Shown in pieces: positions 59,062 through 64,000 of a DNA stretch of 64,000 nt (position 1 is its first letter; the number at the start of each line of letters is the position of its first letter). The position numbers and the translations under genes are program-made. The notes beneath the pieces were generated by a model. That model was not told the DNA's origin. It made no database searches and saw only the letters and a list, made by a program, of their open reading frames with translations. The stretch is from positions 5,506,275-5,570,274 of the forward strand of contig NC_134032.1 in assembly GCF_964204645.1 (NCBI RefSeq). The letters are read 5' to 3'. The stretch is from Tubulanus polymorphus (taxonomy: Eukaryota; Animalia; Nemertea).

Positions 59062-59199
59062 TCTCTTATTGAATAAGCCAACTAACTAATATCACTCTTG
59101 TATTATCCTAGTCAAATGTAAAGAATTTACAATATCATACTTGAATGAATTAAAACATAAATTACTTCTGTTACTTCATTTTCAGAAATAAAGCATAAT

Positions 59200-59360
59200 A
59201 TGTATTTAATACCATTAATACGTATTTAATACCATTAATACGTATTTGATACGTATTTAATACATGGTATTAGGGTACATTGATACCTCAACCCCCCTTT
59301 TTATTAACTTTTATTTTCATACATTTCCACTAATATATTTTATATTTTCAGCTAATTTAA
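59200..59360. repeat. Divergent copy of the convergence-region unit (TAATACGTATT repeats plus AACCCCCC-T-tract)
   Basis: Similar to 1707-1830. Confidence 0.65.
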
Positions 59361-59371
59361 CAGTCGATTTC

Positions 59372-59673
59372 TTATTTTGAATCATATAATTTTTCATCAA
59401 GTTCATGAATATATTTATGAGTTTTTAAACTCTTTAAATTTTTATATCTTTTATTACATATTTCACAGCATTTAATATTATTCAATCTATCTGAAATATA
59501 ATTCATATTTTCTATTAATTCAGTGTATCTAATTTTACAGCAATCATAGAATTCTAACAACTGTTTTATAGTATAAACTGAGAATGACAATTACCTGTAA
59601 GCATAATAATTGATTTAATATTCTGTTGATTTTTATATATTAGATGTAATAAGTTTAATATATTTTCACTCAT
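59372..59673 (-). pseudogene. Small C2H2 zinc-finger protein (probable frameshift; ORF 59372-59590)
   Basis: CEICNKRYKNLKSLKTHKYIH; TAAATG start context at 59673. Confidence 0.55.
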
Positions 59674-59693
59674 TTATTTATTTAATTAATTCA

Positions 59694-59891
59694 CTAATCT
59701 GATTCAATAACTTTTTTATGATTATTTTTATTTCCATTTAATTTTTTCAATTTCTTGCTCAATTTCAGATTTTCATTCATCGAATCCTTACTTATATTCT
59801 CATAGTATAAATAAAGCGCAGCCAATATAAATCCTCCTGCTACAAGATAATGTTTCAAATCACTTTTCCCAGTTGGGATGAAACCATCCAT
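59694..59891 (-). CDS. Small single-TM basic protein (65 aa)
   Basis: YLVAGGFILAALYLYY TM segment; TAAATG start context. Confidence 0.55.
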   Translation of the reverse strand: MDGFIPTGKSDLKHYLVAGGFILAALYLYYENISKDSMNENLKLSKKLKKLNGNKNNHKKVIESD

Positions 59892-59948
59892 TTACTTAAG
59901 AAAGAAATTAAACAGTTTATAAAATATTAAATATTTATATGTTTCAAT

Positions 59949-61751
59949 TCAAATAACAATTAAACTTACTACTAATTCTTTATGCCGCTGAGAATTATAT
60001 TTTTGCTTGTGCGTAATCAATTTTATCACCTGATATTCTGTTATATTATTCTTGATCATTTCGTTATCGAAAAATTCATTTGATATGTAAATATTTTCAT
60101 CATTATGAATTAAAATTAGATGGCGCAATTTATTTCTAAAATATCTACGATTAATGAAATCAATATTATATTCAGAATTATCTTTCAATAGTTCTAAACG
60201 CTCGCATTGCTTAATTTTCATATTGTTAAGTTTCATTTTTCTTAAATAATCAGATTCTTTACGTATATCACATACATTTATGAAATCATTAGAATTTATC
60301 TTTAAATATTCAGTATATTTTTTCATCAATTCAAAATCCATTTTATCAATTATTTCAAAATGATCTTGTGTTATCTTCTTTACTTGGAAAATAGGTTTTT
60401 CTAATTTTGATAAAATAAAGTGTCTATCAGGGCTATGAACGCCTATTTTTAACTTTTTGATGATTTTTTCTATCGAAGACAATTCAAAATAATTATTATT
60501 TAATACGTCTAATTGTAATGTTTTTATCAATAATTCTCTTAAATCAGTAGTAGTTTCATAAAAGCCTTGATCTGTTAAAATATAACTGAAATAAAGATCT
60601 GTTATACATTTACATTGAGTTGAAAAACCTCTAATTTCAAAAATTGTATTATTGTCAATTCCAGATATTTTAGGAGTATAATCATTTAATTTTACTTCAG
60701 GAATTATTTCAAGTTTTTTAAATTCTGTCTCAAATAATTCATTATCAATATCTAATTGTTGCTTTAATTCATTACAAATTTTATTTCTATTTTCATCTAT
60801 ATCTTCTTCTAATTGTTTAAGTTCTTTCATTTCTTCTAACTTTTTAAATTCACTTTTAGACAATAATTTTAAATCAAAATCTTCTTCAACATCAAATGCA
60901 TCTAATTTATAAACAGGTTTAGATTTTATATTGTATCTCTTTTTTAAAGTTGTAAAACTAATTCCTGTTTCACGTAATTTAAATCTAAATATAAATTTAT
61001 TCAATACTGTAAACATTGAATTAGTTGAAGATATAACAGTTGCTCCTTCAGTTTTAATATATTTTTTTGCTTCAATAATGAATTCTGATTTATCATCATT
61101 TTGATCAATTGTTAGGTATAAACATGGGATATTCTTAATTGTAAACATTGATAAAATAAGTAAAAAGGAGGACTCTTCAATATTTTTATTTATCCTAGAT
61201 TTATATCCTATAAATTTCCTTGCTAATAAATCACCATAATAACAGAAATAAAAGCATTTTTCAATCAAATCATAAATACATACAGTCTGTTGAACCTCAT
61301 CAAATAATGATTTAAGTTGTAAATATGTAGGTGAATAGTAAATATTTTCTTTTTTTAAGTATTGTTTTATTTTTTCCATCACTTTTAATCCTCTTTTAAA
61401 TGAAATACCTGTTATTTCAATTCTAATCAATCCTGTTTCAATTGATTTTTCAAATGATTCTTTTAGCCTCTCTTGATAGCAATTTATGTAACTCATTAAA
61501 TTTGAACCGAAATTTATATTTACACCAGGAGATTTGAATTGACATGCTGTTTTATTATAGATCTTTATTTTATCATCCTTATGTAATGCTGAAACACAAC
61601 TATTGGAAAATTCTTTTAGAACTTTATATTTTATATTTTCGAACATTGATTTTATTTCATCTGAATTAAATGATCCTTTAAAATCTTGTGTTACATCTAC
61701 ATCTAATATATTGTAATTTTTTTCATTTAATAATTTTTCAATATTATCCAT
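59949..61751 (-). CDS. 600-aa protein with putative Rep_trans / phage gpII-like nicking domain at the N-terminus
   Basis: Intact ORF; D19xxxD23, KIY65NK and GLIR110IE112I occur in the order of the Rep_trans active-site motifs (function is inference). Confidence 0.55.
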   Translation of the reverse strand: MDNIEKLLNEKNYNILDVDVTQDFKGSFNSDEIKSMFENIKYKVLKEFSNSCVSALHKDDKIKIYNKTACQFKSPGVNINFGSNLMSYINCYQERLKESFEKSIETGLIRIEITGISFKRGLKVMEKIKQYLKKENIYYSPTYLQLKSLFDEVQQTVCIYDLIEKCFYFCYYGDLLARKFIGYKSRINKNIEESSFLLILSMFTIKNIPCLYLTIDQNDDKSEFIIEAKKYIKTEGATVISSTNSMFTVLNKFIFRFKLRETGISFTTLKKRYNIKSKPVYKLDAFDVEEDFDLKLLSKSEFKKLEEMKELKQLEEDIDENRNKICNELKQQLDIDNELFETEFKKLEIIPEVKLNDYTPKISGIDNNTIFEIRGFSTQCKCITDLYFSYILTDQGFYETTTDLRELLIKTLQLDVLNNNYFELSSIEKIIKKLKIGVHSPDRHFILSKLEKPIFQVKKITQDHFEIIDKMDFELMKKYTEYLKINSNDFINVCDIRKESDYLRKMKLNNMKIKQCERLELLKDNSEYNIDFINRRYFRNKLRHLILIHNDENIYISNEFFDNEMIKNNITEYQVIKLITHKQKYNSQRHKELVVSLIVI

Positions 61752-61760
61752 TTTCTGTAT

Positions 61761-62042
61761 TTATTCATTTAAATTTTGATTGCATAATGAAATTTTAAAT
61801 ACAGCAATATAATCTGTTAATTTTAATTCTTGATTAATTCTACTTAATATATATGATTTTGAATTATCATCATGAATTGTTAAAACACGTGTAATTTTTA
61901 TAGCTAAGTTATCCAATATAATATCTCCTTGATTAAAACATTCTTTAATTTCATAATGTGTTATCTTTCTCTGATTAACGTTTAGAAAAGTTTTTCTATT
62001 TTCTTTAATAATTTCTTTTTCTAACATGATTTTATATAGCAT
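61761..62042 (-). CDS. Hypothetical protein (93 aa); may be the detached N-terminus of the 600-aa protein
   Basis: Ends 9 bp before the 600-aa ATG, same strand. Confidence 0.4.
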   Translation of the reverse strand: MLYKIMLEKEIIKENRKTFLNVNQRKITHYEIKECFNQGDIILDNLAIKITRVLTIHDDNSKSYILSRINQELKLTDYIAVFKISLCNQNLNE

Positions 62043-62568
62043 TATATTATCGCAAAATATATCTGATGTTTCAATTAATTCATTATTTTCAGATTTATAA
62101 CTTATTTATATTTACTCCTGAAATATCTGCTAAATTATTGTTAACAGTTAAATAATATAATATTGAATTTATATATTTATTACTCATGTCTTTCGCGGGA
62201 ACTTTAATTAATCTTGTGCACATTTATATATCAAATTTTTATTAAAATAGGTTAAAATTCAAAAAGAGTTAGAGTTCGCTGAAACCTTACGCTTTAAAAT
62301 ATTTTTTTACCCTTATTGGTAATATAATTGATTAATCCTTTTCAACTGAAATAGCACGTTCGATCAATATTCAAATGAGGTGCGCCCTATTCAACTGAAT
62401 ATGAAATACGGCACAGATGTTTTTTGTAAACAACCTAATACAATTACATACAGGCGGTTTGACATAGATCGAGAGAAACCGGTTCTCTAAGCGTTTAACA
62501 TTCAACGTATTTTTCATTATGTGTTGAGTTCCATAATTCAACAAATGTCTTTGCTTTATCCAGTTGAT

Positions 62569-63935
62569 CTAAATATAATGTAAATCTAGTTTATTAGATT
62601 TAATTATGTTTTCCTTCTTTTCAAGAGGTCTTAAATTCTTCCAGCACCAGATTAGCTTCTTATTATAATCATCACTCATGTCAAATTTAGAAATCGGCTC
62701 AATATGAAAATCGTGATCAATATGAAAGTATTCACCATAATTATCTATATTCATTTTATCGTCGAATTGATATATTATCCATGATTTGAGAAATTCATCT
62801 GAACAACCCAATAAATTAGATAGTGTTTCTGAATGTGTTTCTTTGTTGAATAATTGTGTTAATCTAGACCGTAAGCATTGTTTCAATCTAAAATTAAGAT
62901 CTGTTTGATATCTTTCTCTCATATATTCTGCCATATAATAATTATAATGTTCTATATTATCTTCTCGGTATTGTTTGGTATATAGTTTAAAGGCCGAGGA
63001 GTATGGATGCTAGTTAACCGGGTGGCAAACACTTGAGATCGGCCGTCCCACTTTTACAGTATCTTGTTTATAATGTTTAGAGTGAGCGAGGTTGGCTCAC
63101 CACAGAAAAGCAGGTCACACACAGTTAAATTTGACAAATTCATAAAAGTTTTCATATCAAGTTCTAAACTAATTTTAGATAATCTAGTCATAGTGGGAAT
63201 GAAAATCTGATGCTAGCGATCTTTTTTGTAGAGATAGGGCCAAGATTAAAGATTTTAGAGACATTTCAAATTTTTTGAAAATCATTAATTTTTATCCGAT
63301 TTCGATGAAATTTGGACACAACATTGATGGTAGATAGCTAAACAAGTGTACGAAATTTCAGACTGATCCATTGACCATAGAAAAAGATTTGATGTTGCCA
63401 AATTTTGGTACTATGAATGAGGCTAATGACTATAGGTATCAAATTACTGTTACTGTGCTCTGTGAGCTATACTAATTCACTGGATAACTCCTCCCTCTAT
63501 GTCATTCAAAGATTCAAATTTTGAAGGAAATACCAACTAAAAAGCTTAATTTCTCGTAGAGGAGGGCCTAAAACACATTTTTGACTGCAGAAATGAATAT
63601 ATTACACATTAATACATATGTCTGACAAAAAGGAGGGTCAAAATCGGATAACTGACAGAGAAAATAGGAGATTTCTAGTTTCAACCGTTGGAGCTCTCCA
63701 CTGCACTATTGCTTCATGGGTACTGCCATCTTTGACATTGATTGGGCTTTTATACTGCTCCTCGGCCTTTAAAACAAGTTTTACAACAATATTGAAAACC
63801 ATCTTTGCTAATCTTACGCTTACTAAATTCTGTTAATGATTTATCTAATTCACATTTAGAACACTTCTTGTAGTATATGTTTATAACACCAGTGTTATTT
63901 GTAATATTGATAATTTGTGGTTGTTCTGGTTCCAT
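62569..63935 (-). pseudogene. HNH endonuclease, second copy, split by a Kolobok-type insertion
   Basis: MEPEQPQ...CCKTCFK and LYTKQ...HIDH...KNLRPLEKKEN match 31238-31906. Confidence 0.85.
62991..63768. mobile_element. 778-bp non-autonomous DNA transposon, Kolobok-type
   Basis: TTAA TSD (62987-62990 and 63769-63772); AGGCCGAGGAG...CTCCTCGGCCT TIRs with RR...YY termini; removal restores the HNH frame. Confidence 0.85.
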
Positions 63936-64000
63936 TTATTATATGTATTTTTTACTAAATTGGTTAATATTTTAGAATCCTCTTCCATTTCTTCGACCAA

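Noticed and set aside
62991-63768. piggyBac assignment for the TTAA-flanked insertion
   Set aside because: Termini are AGG...CCT rather than the CC...GG typical of piggyBac; Kolobok fits better
1-64000. Bacterial prophage or linear plasmid interpretation
   Set aside because: Chromodomain integrase, Gypsy, Helentron, Kolobok and LINE insertions indicate an animal nuclear genome

Overview
AT-rich eukaryotic DNA, most likely from an invertebrate animal. Almost the whole window is a rearranged cluster of about 8 partial or decayed copies of a Polinton/Maverick (adintovirus-like) endogenous dsDNA virus, in alternating orientations. The reconstructed consensus has two convergent arms. Arm 1: protein-primed PolB (Zn fingers, OTU-like, EndoVII, exonuclease, polymerase) > OB/SSB-like protein > penton > small membrane proteins > conserved WQNQLNF protein > coiled-coil/TM protein > major capsid protein > variable Zn-finger protein. 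Arm 2: HNH nuclease > two hypothetical proteins > rve integrase-chromodomain > packaging ATPase. The most complete copy is about 31089-49815. A second lineage with a divergent integrase/ATPase module lies at 50335-53600. Host transposons are nested inside: two foldback MITEs, a Gypsy RNase H fragment, a Harbinger-like MITE, a Helentron-type HINE, a Tx1/L1 5' fragment and a Kolobok-type element. Two candidates for new biology stand out. (1) A ~285-nt GC-rich, G-U-rich structured RNA gene (53986-54271) with an upstream TATA, a terminal TTTT, and two hairpins that both display GGCGCC palindromic (kissing-type) loops. (2) An intact 600-aa ORF (59949-61751) with Rep_trans / phage gpII-like rolling-circle initiator motifs, close to a 137-bp-arm hairpin. 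All calls come from motif reading only; no searches were run.
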